Origin: Rhodosorus marinus CCMP1338
Taxonomy: Eukaryota > Plantae > Rhodophyta
Assembly: GCA_029953675.1 (NCBI GenBank)
Contig: JAMWBK010000005.1
Location: 1,798,001 to 1,862,000, forward strand
Length of the DNA stretch: 64,000 bases
Direction: 5' to 3'
The stretch's first letter is position 1. Each line of letters begins with the position of its first letter. A program made the position numbers and the translations under genes. The notes under the pieces are model-generated. The model was not told the DNA's origin, searched no databases, and was given only the letters and a program-made list of their open reading frames with translations. This document shows positions 12,252 to 24,779 of the stretch, piece after piece.

Positions 12252-14067
12252 ATGACTGCGTTTGTTTCGGGATTCAGTGGAGTGCGATTGAGGCAGTCGA
12301 AAGCTGCAAACACCTGTGGACGGAAGGGTGTCATTCGCGCTGTTGCGACTCCAGTTCAGGAGGTCACCCGCGATGTCAACAGAAACCCGCTGGCTGAGCG
12401 CCCCCCCTTCAATTTGGAGGCGGTTAAGAAGGCCATTCCCGCTCACCTGTGGGAAAAGAACCTGAACAAGTCCATCTGGTATCTTGTTAAAGATGCGGTT
12501 ATTGTGTTCGGGCTTGCCGCAGCAGCGGTCGCGATCAACAACCCTCTTGCCTGGTTGTTCTACTACTTTGCCCAGGGAACCATGATGTGGGCCCTATTTG
12601 TCGTGGTAAGGCTTCCACTCCGCGGGAATGTTGTCCCAGCATAGCATACAGCCCCATGATGGCCGGTTTGAGTGAGCTTCAATTCTGATACCAATGATGA
12701 ACGTTCTGTAGGGTCATGACGCTGGACATGGGAGCTTTTCCAACAACACAAAGTTGAACAATATTTTCGGCCACATTGCGCACGGATCAATTTTGGTTCC
12801 TTTCCACGGTGAGCAGCACGGAGATTTTCTTTCTTTTCTTTCTTTTCTTTCTTTGTTGTTCCGGGCAAGCTTGGAACGACTGCAACCCAAAAACCCCATT
12901 ATCATACTCCGCAAGTACTGAAGCTGCTGTCGTTTATCGACCAACACAGGATGGAGGATCAGCCACAGGACCCACCACGGAAACCATGGCCACATTGATA
13001 ACGATGAGAGCTGGTACCCAGTTTCAGAGTCGTACTACAACGAGAGCATGGACGCTCCGAGCAAGGCCGTAAGATACGAACTCCCCTTGGTGCTCATTGC
13101 GTACCAGATCTACTTGTTCCGTCGAACCCCCGGCAAGGAAGGATCACACTTTGACCCGTCCTGCAAGCTCTTCAAGCCGAGTGAGAGGAATATGATCCTG
13201 CAGAGCACAGCATCCTGCCTGGCGATGCTTGGAGTCTTGGCTGGAGTTGGAATGAAGTTTGGCTTCATGTTTGTGTTGAACACATATTTGATTCCGCACT
13301 TGATATTCTGCGCTTGGCTCGTAACCGTAACCTATTTACATCACACTGGTAAGGCCGTCCCTCTACGCAGTCTGCACTCGAGGACATCGTTGGGAGCTTT
13401 GGTTAGAACGCCCCTTTGTCCCTCCATACTACGTGAGTCTCTGACATCGTGAGATGCACTTCAAATAACAGATGCGTCAGTGCCGTGGTTCCGCGACGGA
13501 GAGTGGACATATTTGAGGGGAGCGCTCTCCACCCTTGATAAGGACTACGGAATCTTCAACAAGATTCATCATGGTATGTATCAAGTGCGGCCTGCAGCGA
13601 GCATTGTAATTTGAAACCTTGACTAAGCCGTTCTCATCTCCTTTCCTGCAGACATCGGAACACATGTTGTCCACCATATGTTCCCTCAAATGCCGCACTA
13701 CAATATCGTAGAAGCCACAGAGTATATCAAACCCGTGCTCGGAGAATATTACCAAAAGCCGGAGAGGTCCGGATTCCTCCCCTTCCACTTGGTTCGGGAT
13801 CTAATCAAGTACGTAAATGCCATCTTTATTGCGCGTGCCAGGCTTTTGTTCGCAAAGGGGTTTGCCCAAACCTAACCCATGCAACTCGCTCGACATGGCG
13901 TTGAGCCACTGAGCCGCCGCACAGCGTGATATGTTGTTCGACGAGTCTCGCGAAATGGGAGTCTTAACTTTTGGTCTGTTTCCTTACGGCTCGTGATGAA
14001 CAGGTCGCTCAGGGAGTGTCGCTTTGTTGATGACCAGGGCACCGTTGTTTTCTACAGAAACAAGTAG
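12252..14067 (+). CDS. FAD7: Omega-3 (DesB/FAD7-type) fatty acid desaturase, plastid-targeted, about 6 exons
   Basis: [11 protein letters not shown]|[33 protein letters not shown] and IHH|[17 protein letters not shown] supply the three His boxes. The last exon [21 protein letters not shown] ends at 14067. Presequence [14 protein letters not shown]. Confidence 0.9.
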
Positions 14068-14720
14068 ATGCCTTTTAGCCATAGGGCATTGTGTAGTTTA
14101 AACTCCTTGCTGTATATCCCCTAACAAACTAGCTTTGCAGGGTCGAAGTTGTACAGTCAGGAAGATAAAATGACTAGGTTTGATATTCTTACAAAGTGAG
14201 TTGCTGTTGTTGCTTTCCGACGCCCAGCATTGCCAGACAAGGATACTCAAAAGCCTAGGCTGCGGAGTTAATAAGGCCGGCTATGGTTCGCTCCGTCACT
14301 GTGTTTTTAGCCCACGTCCTAGTAATCCTCTAGTTTGGCAATGCGCTTGATTCTGACTCTTCCGTCTGCAATTTTCCATAGCAATAACTATAAGACGACA
14401 TCAAGCTGCTAACTACAAATGGGAAACCAACGGGGTCAGAGCGCTCCTTTAAACCCAACCGCGCCCTCAGCTGTGCATTCAAATATTGGTTTCATTCTAT
14501 TTCAGTGACCGGGCCGAGAGCGTGACGCAGATCCGGTCATTGTCAACATGACGCTTCGATGCGATAAGCTGACCACCAAGGAAAGCAGTCTGAGGGGACA
14601 TTCCGCTGCGTCCTGGCATCTAAGTGCAGACGGTAGAGTTTCTCCCACACCATAGCATTTTTTTTATCTTCTCTTTCAGTGAGCCGCACATTTATCAACC
14701 TTTGCTATACGCGCTCGCCA

Positions 14721-16517
14721 TTACTTTGTGGAGGCCTTTTCTAGAGCGATTTCAAACGCCGACTTGAAGGGGTTACTCGATGTCACAGCATCGTTCGCCT
14801 CATCCAACTGTTTCCTAGAAGCCGTCACCTTCGCTTCCGCTTCACCTGGTGGCTTCCACTCGACCATGGAAAGCGAAATTCTTCTCCTGCCCTGGTCTGC
14901 GTCAGTAATTCGGACCTCAATTTCATCTCCGACGGACAGGATCTGTGGGAGGGAGGATCCCATCGGTGAGTTCGAAAAACTGATCAACAAACGCAAAAAC
15001 TCAATTTGCTTTGGCTGAGGGTGGTGGACATACCGAGTCAACAGATTCCACACGGCTCTCGGAGAGCTCTGAGATGTGGACCATTCCGTCCGTGGGTCCG
15101 TTCACGTCCACAAAAGCTCCATAGTCCGTTACTGAAACCACCTTTCCGGCAACAAAGGTCTTCGGATCAAACTTGAACGCGTTCCAAGAGATTCTGTCGT
15201 CGCTTCCAGGCTTCTGCTGTTCAAAAACATGAAAATCAGAGAGGACTGATACTGAGAAGGAGTTCTAATACTGCATTGACACGGAAGTGCCGGATATTCT
15301 TAAATGAAATCCGAACGACGAATTTAAAAAACAGGAAACACCTTACCCTGGAAGAGCCCGACTTGCCGGCTTCGTCCGCTGGTTTCATGGAAAGCGAGAA
15401 CTCGTTCTTGTCCGCGTTCACTGCTATAATGCGAACCCTAACGTTATCCCCACTCTTCACGACGTCCTCCACGTTCTCAACGTAGTCAGATGAGAGCTGC
15501 GATACATGGACCAAACCTATCCAAGGTCCCACGGACGTGATGCGTTAGCTTGGCAAAAAAAAAAAAATCAGCTGTTTTCTAATGGATCGCGGGGTCGATC
15601 GCAGGGCCATCACATATTTGGCGACGGCAACCTCACCGTCAGTCGAGCAGCCCACATCCACAAAGGCACCGTACTTGGTGGTGCTCCTAATAACGCCATC
15701 CAGCTCCATGTCTACTTGTAAGTCAGAGATCTGGTATTTCACCTCCTTCCTTGCGCGGCCGCGGCCTCTACCCCTCGCCTTCGTCGGAGAGGAATCTGAA
15801 CTCTGCTCTTCCTCAGCCGCGATCTCGTCAACCACAGTCTCTTCTACCTCAACTGCCTCAGCAACTGCTTCCGGTGCTTCTACTGCCTCAGCAACTGATT
15901 CCGGTGCTTCTACTGCCTCAGCAACTGATTCCGGTGCTTCTACTGCCTCAGCAACTGCTTCCGGTGCTTCTACTGCCTCAGCAACTGCTTCCGGTGCTTC
16001 TACTGCCTCAGCAACTGCTTCCGGTGCTTCTACTGCCTCAACAACTGCTTCCGGTGCTTCCACTGCCTCCTCAACTGCTTCTGGTTCTTCAGCTTCTGGT
16101 GCTTTCGCGGTGTCTGGGGCGTCCTGGCACATAAACAGCCGGGCGCCGTGGCGGCTGAGCTGGGCAGACTGCCACGACAAGCTAGATGGCGACTAATCCA
16201 CAAGAAACCGCATTTCGATAAGACCATTGTAATTCGAAGATTTCACAATGCAACAGACTCAACGCTTGATGTCCACTGAAGATCTCAGTTTGAGCCCCCC
16301 GCTGCGGACGATTCTGCACATCAGAAAAAGAGCCCACCTCTAATACCCAAAGAAGGCCGGCCGAACATGGCCAGCCCGAGAGAGATCGGAAGAACGCAAT
16401 CTACAAAACAAAAACACAAGAAAATGGGGGAGCGAAAGGAGATATCCGTACCTTCGCCGTAAGAGGGCCTATTCTATGCCCTGCAAGTCCCACAACAAAC
16501 CCAAGTTTGCTCTCCAT
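14721..16517 (-). CDS. Plastid-targeted tandem S1-domain RNA-binding protein, PSRP-7-like, with acidic 10-aa repeats; 5-prime splicing only partly resolved
   Basis: S1 domain 1: VIRSTTKYGAFVDVGCSTDG|LVHVSQLSSDYVENVEDVVKSGDNVRVRII. S1 domain 2: GKVVSVTDYGAFVDVNGPTDGMVHISELSES...VGDEIEVRITDADQGRRRISLSM. First exon MESKLGFVVGLAGHRIGPLTAK at 16517..16452 ends in a GT donor. Confidence 0.82.
15852..16091 (-). repeat. Coding 30-bp tandem repeat, 8 copies (EAPEAVAEAV unit)
   Basis: Unit actgcctcagcaactgcttccggtgcttct repeats every 30 nt from 15852; the last copy is degenerate. Confidence 0.95.
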
Positions 16518-17509
16518 CACGAAATAAAACCTTCCCTAAAAAAAAAAAACACCAAACCAAACTCTCTCCCAAAAACTACCAAACTCAATGAGGCGAAAAT
16601 CAAATCGACCTCTCTACGTCTCAAAAAAAAAAAATCGGTCTCTTACTGAAACACCCCACACTCACACATGCAATCCCAACACACACCCAACATACCCAAC
16701 CGCCCCATCTCCATCTCCTTTCCCCCTAACAACAAGAAAAATTTCTCCAACAAAATCACACCGCCCCCAAACCCCCCAAAAATGAAAACCCTTCAGAAGC
16801 GGACCAAAAACAAGAAAAATCGTCTTTTTCACGGCCATTTAACATCATGGGGCCGTCAATTTTCCTTTTAAAAAAACTTTTAAGCCGAATATCACGTCGA
16901 AAGCGAGCTCGCGGAATGTAAAACCATACCTGTCCCCCTCCCACCCCCCGTTCAGAAACCTCCTCTCCTCGTTAGGTCGTTTTAGATTACCCCTGATCTT
17001 GGTTTCATGCTTTCTCAAATATATGTACAAAAATATTGAAAGTATTTTGTTCTGATTTAAGAAAACAGGTTTTGAGGGGGAGTATTGGATGTTTGGGTTG
17101 ACGATTTATATGGGGGGTACATAAGATTTGACGGATTTCGCATGGGTCGTCGTTATCCGTTTTTTTTTGGTATTCGTGATATGTTTTTAACTAAGATTCA
17201 TTAAGACATCATTAGATGACTGAAAACAGTCATTTTCTTAGATTTTTTTTTTTCGGGGGGGGAGGGGGGTGTTGACGGCGGGTGTTTTCAGCATGGTTTT
17301 TGAAAGATGTTCTGTTCTTCGTTTTTGGGTTTTCAAGTGTCAGTCGGGATGAGATTGAGAGTTCATCTCAGTTTGGTGCTGTGTTGGGAGTATTTCGATT
17401 TACCACCCAGAGCGCCCGCAGGGAAGATTTAGTAACTATTACCTTTCCCGGTGCCACCCGCGCGCGTATCGGAGAAGCAACTGATGAGTCAAGTCCTCTA
17501 AAGGATTGA

Positions 17510-18222
17510 TCCTGGAGAAGTTTCAGCTCCAGGTAGAGCGTCAACGGATGTCCGAGCAGAGTTCTGTATGGATACGTGAAAGAATTTAGCTCTTGGCGCT
17601 CGTATCCAGGCGGAAGCACTTGCAGAGGACTGGCGGAGGACTCCTGCTGCGAGCTTTGACACGAAGCGCTCGCCTTACAACACGTTTGATATGGTCGATG
17701 ATTTTTTTTGTGTCATCATCGACACCATTGTTGGAAAAAAGTAAACACGTCTGTAGCTCCAATATTCAACAGAGACCGTGTCAAGGCTTGTGCGGGCTCT
17801 TGAGAAAGGATTGAATAGACAACGCAGGGACAAACACCTCTGCCAAGCCGCTTGAATGGTAGAGTTCGGGGAAAGACACGCTTATCGATCCTCAAGGTTA
17901 TTTAGATCTAGTGCTCCTCAGTGGATAGCTTACCATCTCCACACTAGTACCCTAGTACCTCTTCCCTCGCACTCTGGCGTAGCGCATAACTCCAAAGCCT
18001 TTTGTTCGTAACCCCAAAGACAGAGCGCTCTTTCTGATTGGTTCACCGTTGGGGCGAATATTTGTGTAACACGCGTCCCGCTCGTTTTTCTATTTTTTTT
18101 ATATGGCGCTTTGCAGGTCAGAGTTCACAGAATCCGACGGACGTACCTATGAACAAATCAGCGACGACCATATCATCGGGTACAACCAATGGATCAATAT
18201 GAAAACCGAATTGTTGAATTAG
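17510..18222 (+). CDS. Possible small multi-exon hypothetical gene; only the terminal exon 18117..18222 is well defined
   Basis: A polypyrimidine tract and ttgcag acceptor at 18116 precede the open frame SEFTESDGRTYEQISDDHIIGYNQWINMKTELLN*. Upstream candidate exons LILEKFQLQ|AEALAEDWRRTPAASF are bounded by GT/AG. Confidence 0.3.
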
Positions 18223-18356
18223 TACTCGACACGTGTCATTCGTATGTTTTTCTACCAGCCACAGGAATTTAGAACAGGTTCCGGTCCGTGTTCCCCAGAT
18301 CAGCGCTGACCGGTGGGCGCGTATGAAAATATTTCCATAATTCTATGGCTGAAACA

Positions 18357-18554
18357 TTACCCTTTTGAGGTGAGTCGCGGGCGGAGCATGAGCAGGGGAT
18401 TTCGAAGGGGTCTCAGAAGCTCTCGGTTGGAGTAAGAAACGTCCGTCACTCCTCTAAGCCATGTTCGGTCCCACTCCTCATTTGGAAAATTTTGTTGATC
18501 TGTTTGTCCTTCGACATGGCAGAACATGTTTGACATCGCCCGATCGTCGTCCAT
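18357..18554 (-). CDS. Possible 65-aa hypothetical protein (MDDDRAMSNMF...LTSKG)
   Basis: ATG-initiated ORF in a GC-richer island, downstream of an AT-rich block that also lies upstream of ATP sulfurylase. No recognised motif. Confidence 0.22.
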   Translation of the reverse strand: MDDDRAMSNMFCHVEGQTDQQNFPNEEWDRTWLRGVTDVSYSNRELLRPLRNPLLMLRPRLTSKG

Positions 18555-19349
18555 CTCGACCAAGACACCCCCCGCCAGCGGAAGACCCGCGTTCAGAGTG
18601 CCTCAAAAAAGTCTGCTGAATCCCATGCAAAAGAAGAAGCCCTTTTTTTCCAGGAGACCTAAACTATTTATATGTACTACTAAAACTTTTATTCATATAG
18701 CACAATAAATGTGAGCATACTCATAAATATAACCTTAACACGGATATATTATCGAAAGTTCATTGGAAGATGTGAAGATCTAAGAATTTATTCTCCAAAA
18801 CTACTGTACAAAACAAAAATATTTCAATAGTAAGTTGACAAGATCCGACCAGGATAAGAAAACTACAAAAAAACACTCAAATCCGGAGATTAATATGATT
18901 GCCTTAGTTGACCCAAAGTTTAGAAATAATCCATGATTTGAGATAGTATATAGCCCTCTAGTGTTCTTGTTTGGATTCGGATATTTTCAGGGCTTGGTAT
19001 AATATCAGGATTTTTTCGCGAAGTAGCGGTTTATGAAGAAAAAGATAGCTAAATCTGACATTAGAGAATGAATTATTACCCCCCCTCGACGCTTACGGTC
19101 TGACGTTCATTCTCAAATTATTCTCAAAGCCATTAAACCCAGTGGAAGTAGTCGCTGCTGTTTGAAGGTCTGTTTCTTGTGTTTTCTGGTAAGGCGGGTT
19201 TTTGGGCATGTATGTATATAAAATCGTATTAGAGCGTTCGAGCGGGGTGAGGAGGGCGTGGGTGAGTCTTGGTGCTGAAGGGTAAGATACATGTGTTTGC
19301 TCTGATTTTGGGGTTATTGGAGAAGCTGCTTTAAGGACATATAAACATC

Positions 19350-21377
19350 ATGGGTGTTGGATTTGTTTCCGCTGCTGCGGGATCTGCCGGTGTGAGCCTG
19401 CGGCCTTCGACCTGCGCCAAGTCGAGCCTGTTTGGCTCCAACTTGGTGCACCGACAAGGGATCCGTGCTGTAAGAAGTTCTGTCTGCATGACTGCGACTG
19501 CAGAATCCACTACCTCGGTGAGTGTATGGGTTGTGCCCGAATGCATCAGTGAAGAGAATGCCGAGTAGCCCTTGCGCTCGTTTCTCGCGCTGGACTTCCC
19601 ACTGCAGAGCACGTGGGATTGCATCGTAGTACGTTGCGTGTTCTTTGAACCTTACTGTGCGTTGTCTGTGCCGCTTGTTGTAGAAGTCGGCAGCCGTAGA
19701 GGACCTCTTTATTCCAGAGGACCAGGTCGCTTCCAGAAGAGAAGAAGCTGACTCATTGTACAAGGTGAGCTATTGAACGCACTTCAAAGCCGTGGTTTTA
19801 TGGTTTGCAGATCTTAAGGATTGTGTCTTCGTCTCTACGTCTCAATGCTGTAGATCCATATTACGGAAGTTGACCATCAATGGGTACATGTCCTTTCAGA
19901 GGGATGGGCCTCGCCGGTCAAGGGCTTCATGAGAGAAGACGAGTACGTGCAGGTGTTGCACTTCAACAGCATCAGGCAGGAAGATGGGACCGTAACGAAC
20001 ATGTCTGTGCCCATTGTTTTGGCTATCAATGATGATGACAAGGTATGATCTAGCTTTTTGTTAAGATTGCTGTTCTTTGCTTGTCCTCATGGGTTTACAT
20101 GTTGAATGTGAGGTGCCGATCGTGAAACACATCATTGCTTACTGGTTAAGTGAAGAAGTTGCTTGAACATATTGGATGCGACCATGCCAGGCGTCGCTTG
20201 CGGTAGATTAGAGCTGTGACTGACGTCCGTACTACGCTCGTCCTGAAATATCTAGGCTGAGATTGAGAAGACTGGGAAGGTTGCTCTTCGGTCTCCCAGT
20301 GGCGATGTCATCGCGATAATGCGCAACTGCGAGATTTTCTGGCACAACAAGGAGGAGCGGGCGGCGCGTTCGTTCGGCGTTACCGATGGAAGGCACCCGT
20401 ACATCGACGAGATTTACTCCGGTGGAGACTGGCTTGTTGGCGGTGACCTGGAAGTATGCCAGCGGAATCGTTCCTGAGATTGCCATACTTAGGTCTTTTT
20501 TGCAATGTGCTGAGGGTGCCATCGCATTATTCCTTGCTAGGTGTTCGACCGTATCCGCTATGAAGACGGCTTGGACGATTATCGTCTTACGCCTGCAGAA
20601 CTCAAAGCTGAGTTCGAGAAACGGGGTGCGGATACTGTATTTGTCTTCCAACTTCGCAACCCCATTCATAACGGTCACGCGCTTCTGATGACTTCCTGCC
20701 GTGAGCACCTGCTGGAGATGGGCTACAAGAACCCGATCCTTCTCGTTCATCAGATAGGTGGAAAGGTTAAGGCAGACGATATTCCGCTGAAGGAAAGAAT
20801 TATGCAGAACCAGGCTGTCTTGGAGGAGGGCGTTTTAGACCCAAAGACAACTATTGTCGGAATTTTCCCGAGCCCGATGCTGTACGGAGGACCCACGGAG
20901 GTCCAATGGCATGCCAAGGCCAGAATGAACGCCGGATGTGAGTACTACATTGTTGGTCGCGATCCGGCTGGGATGAAGCATCCCAACGGGGAGAGGGATT
21001 TGTATGATGCATGGCACGGGAAGAAGGTACGTGCATGCACTTTTGAGAGTCCAACGTGTTGGCCCGGGTTTTGCTCTGTACTACCAGTGTACGGTGATCA
21101 ACCATCTAACGACTTTGCTTCTGGTTAGGTTCTCGGCACTGCACCGGGGTTGGAGAAGTTGAATATCCTTCCATTCCGAGTTGCCGCATATGACAAGACC
21201 ATTGGGCGCATGGCCTTCTTTGATCCGTCTCGTGCGGACGATTTCATGTTTATCTCCGGAACCAAGATGCGAGGCTATGCATCGCGTGGAGAAACTCCTC
21301 CAGACGGTTTCATGGCCCCTGCAGCGTGGAAGATACTTGTGGACTACTACTCCAACGTCCGTAGCTACGACATCTAA
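19350..21377 (+). CDS. sat: ATP sulfurylase (plant/PAPSS type), plastid-targeted, multi-exon
   Basis: [82 protein letters not shown] and FISGTKMR. Presequence [12 protein letters not shown]. Confidence 0.95.
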
Positions 21378-23005
21378 CTGAAAAAGTGCCAATTCAATGA
21401 TTTAGCGTTACCGAAAGTTCAGTGAGTGTTGGGAACGTCCTGAAAGAAACGCACGCGCTTGCCGAATAAGTATTATTTCTCACCGTGCCCAGCTAGATGG
21501 GGGCCGGATTAGATGCATGACGGAAGTCGGAGGACAGGTCGATTAGATCTGGTACTTCGTTTTCGCTTAAGTATGTGTAAAAAAAGAACACAACTGGAGA
21601 ACCAATGCCTTCCATTTTCTTTGATCTGCTCGTGCGCGAGTAAAAGAGAACAGACTAAGCAACACCCCCACGGTAGCCTTTCAAGGGCACGAAACCCTTG
21701 GATAATCCTCAGCACAGGACGAGCAGCCTTGGCTGATGCTCGCTCTTCTGTATCCTAGCGAGCCCCAACCACTAGCACACTGTCAGCATGTAGTGTGGAC
21801 CGACCCCGGACGCTTTAGTTTGCGCACAAGACTTGGTAGCCGAGAACTACGAGGGAGAGGTAGGGACGATGGCACTGGACGGGACTGAGGTGAGGTTTCA
21901 GGACGCGTATACTTGAAACTGTCGGAGATGAATCTAACCTCTACGAGGAAAGGGTTCGTGTGAGAGGTTGCGAAGTTCAGTGGAGGGACGAATGCTTGGA
22001 CTTCAATATACCCTGAAGCACAAAAAACGGTGACAAATCCCTCAAATCCGCAAGCAAGGGATGGAGGGGGCAACGGGGGGTATGCAAAGTTCCGCACGAA
22101 CTTTCATCAGATCTCGATCTCACGTATTTCCTCAAAACGACGAGAAAAGAAGTACCATACATATTTCCTGACCTAAACCGAGAAGTGATTTTACCCCTGT
22201 TTCCCTCCTGAGACCCATCTAATCCATCAAAGACTCACCTCTTTCCCCCCCCCCATTGGACGTATTATGAGGACTCCCATAAAAATAAAAAATAACGGGT
22301 AAAACTACAGTACTATTTAGGTAGTAGTGAACTGTACTAACCAACTTTCCTTCAACCAGTTGTGGATTTTGCCTAATCTAAGATATCCATAATGCGAGAA
22401 GAACCAGAAGACTTTCTTATGAAAACAAAAAAGAAGAAAACTTGAGGTTGTGATCCTTTTTTTTTTGCCAGTGGATTTCGATGAGTTCCGAAAGAGATCG
22501 ACCGGTTACTATTGGTCGTGGGTTGCATTGTGTGGACCTGATTGATCTCTTCAGCTAAATATTAAAATGAGATTCCAGGGGCATATTAAATTGTATAACT
22601 CTTGTAAATTATTAATTATTAATAAATAATTAAGGGGTATTGGAGATTAACTTAGCCATGTGCTAGGTCTGAGAGGCAAAAAGGGGGGGGGGTTGGGGTT
22701 GGATTTTAGGAAATAAGAGGTAGAGGAACTTTTTGGGGGGTAAGATTTACGTTGATATTTGTTCGGGGCTTTCTTTTTTGGATCTCATTGTTTTTAGGGT
22801 GAAAATCGAGGTTTTGTGTTGGGAATGTTGGATTTTTGTTGGTTTTGCAAGGTTTTTGCGGGTTGTGGGGAGGGTGAAGGTAGACTGCATGATGTATTGT
22901 TTGGGAAGGATATAGAACGAAGGCGGTACGTGTGAGAGGGGCTTGATCGCACTTTTTTTTTTTGCTTCTGGTGTGTGTGTGTGTTTGTGGAGAAGGGAAG
23001 AAAAG

Positions 23006-24286
23006 ATGTCGGCCTTTGTTGGAGGATTGAGCGTTGTCGCCAAGCCCGCGACGAGGACGTGTGATTTCCATGGGAGCAAGCTCAGGGTAGGTACCTCCTT
23101 GGCCTCCTTCTCAACCGTTTTACCCTTTTGCCGCGGCGAAACTGCGAGCGAAGGCTTTTCGAGTTTGCTGGGCTATCGATCAAGCGTCGCGAGTATGACC
23201 TAATGACATCTCCTTCTTTGATGGGATCTTCACCCCGCATCTAACAGGTCGCTGGCACTGCATCTCGCGCATCAACCGTCATGATGGGGGCGAAGGAAGG
23301 TGTGCCTCTGAACACCTACCGTCCGCAGGCTCCGTACGAGGCGACTGTGCTCTACAACTCGAGGATTGTCGGAGACGATGCGCCTGGAGAGACCATGCAT
23401 ATGGCTTTCAACACCGACGGTAGGATTGCCTAGTACGACTGTGTCCGGGTTGTTTTGGGTTTTAGGTGACAAGCTTGGAGAGTCCGAAGGAAAGATATTG
23501 AAATCTGCTTGCGAACATCGTCCGTCCCCATGAGCAGGAAACCTCGCCTACCTTGAGGGTCAGTCTATCGGTGTTATTCCGCCTGGTATTGATAAGAGGG
23601 GCAAGCCCGAGAGGCTGAGGCTGTACTCTATCGCGTCTACTCAGCACGGTGACTTTGGCGACGACAGGACTGTGTCGTTGTGTGTGAAGAGGCTCGTATA
23701 CACCAACGAGGATGGTGAAGAAGTGAAGGGTGTTTGCTCCAACTTCCTTTGCGATCTGAAGCCCGGAGACAAGGTTAATCTCACGGGCCCTGTGGGAACT
23801 GCTATGCTGATGCCTGAAGATCCCAATGCAACGATCATCATGCTGGGTACCGGAACTGGGGTTGCTCCGTTCCGTGCTTATATTAGGCGTGCTTTCGCAG
23901 AGAAGAATCCGAACTACAAGTTCAACGGGCTCATGTGGCTCTTCCTTGGAGTGCCCACGTCCTCCACTCTCCTCTACAAATCGGAGTTTGAGCAGTTCGC
24001 CAAAGAGTTCCCCGATAACTTTCGAGTCGACTATGCCGTGTCTCGTGAGCAGACTGATGCCAAGGGACGGAAGATGTACCTGCAGTACAGAATGGCCGAC
24101 TACGCTGAGGAGCTGAAGGAGCTCTTCAAGAAGCCGAACACGTACGTCTACATGTGCGGTCTCCGCGGTATGGAACCGGGTATCGATGAGCTCATGACTG
24201 ACCTCTTTGAAAAGGACGGCATGGACTGGGTTGACTATCGTAAGCAGATGAAGAAGGATAAGCGATGGGAGGTTGAGACCTACTAG
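23006..24286 (+). CDS. petH: Ferredoxin-NADP+ reductase, plastid-targeted, 3 exons
   Basis: [65 protein letters not shown] and the terminal WEVETY. Presequence [15 protein letters not shown]. Confidence 0.97.
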
Positions 24287-24779
24287 ATCCTCTGTAGCCG
24301 GTGAGGCCTCGTTTCAGGGACGTCGACGCGCCCTTGATATCTTCTGCGCGTTTAATTCTAGGCTGATCCGAGCTGCCTCGGGCACATCTGTGCTCAGCCC
24401 AAAGGTGCAGATATCTCACCCGTCCGACTCTGTTGTTAACTCTCTTCAAATAAAATTTACAGCTGATGGACTAGAAACCATCCATCCCGTGAGTAATCTG
24501 CTCTTTGTGTATTAGCTTGGTACCACCCAGCCACTTTCGTATAATGCGACCGCCCCTCATGAGATACCCATCCTCGACCGTTCTGGATTCCAGTACCACG
24601 CCCCGTTTCCATGTGATTGTCGGGATGTCATCACTAGTAGTTTAATAAAACGTCTAACCTTCTATACAAAAATAAGTCCACGTACTTCACCAAAAAAAAT
24701 AGAATCCTGTCGTCCTGCCCGCCTTGTGAAGCTGTGTCAAAACACTCTCGCTCATGCGCTGAAGTTGATTTCACTTCCC

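Noticed and set aside
15582-16196. Plus-strand ORFs made of STASAT and PQQLLPVLLL repeats
   Set aside because: Antisense and alternative frames of the 30-bp coding repeat; the minus frame connects to S1 domains.
21500-22100. Possible small minus-strand spliced gene between ATP sulfurylase and FNR
   Set aside because: Some splice-like signals are present, but I found no consistent start, frame or motif.
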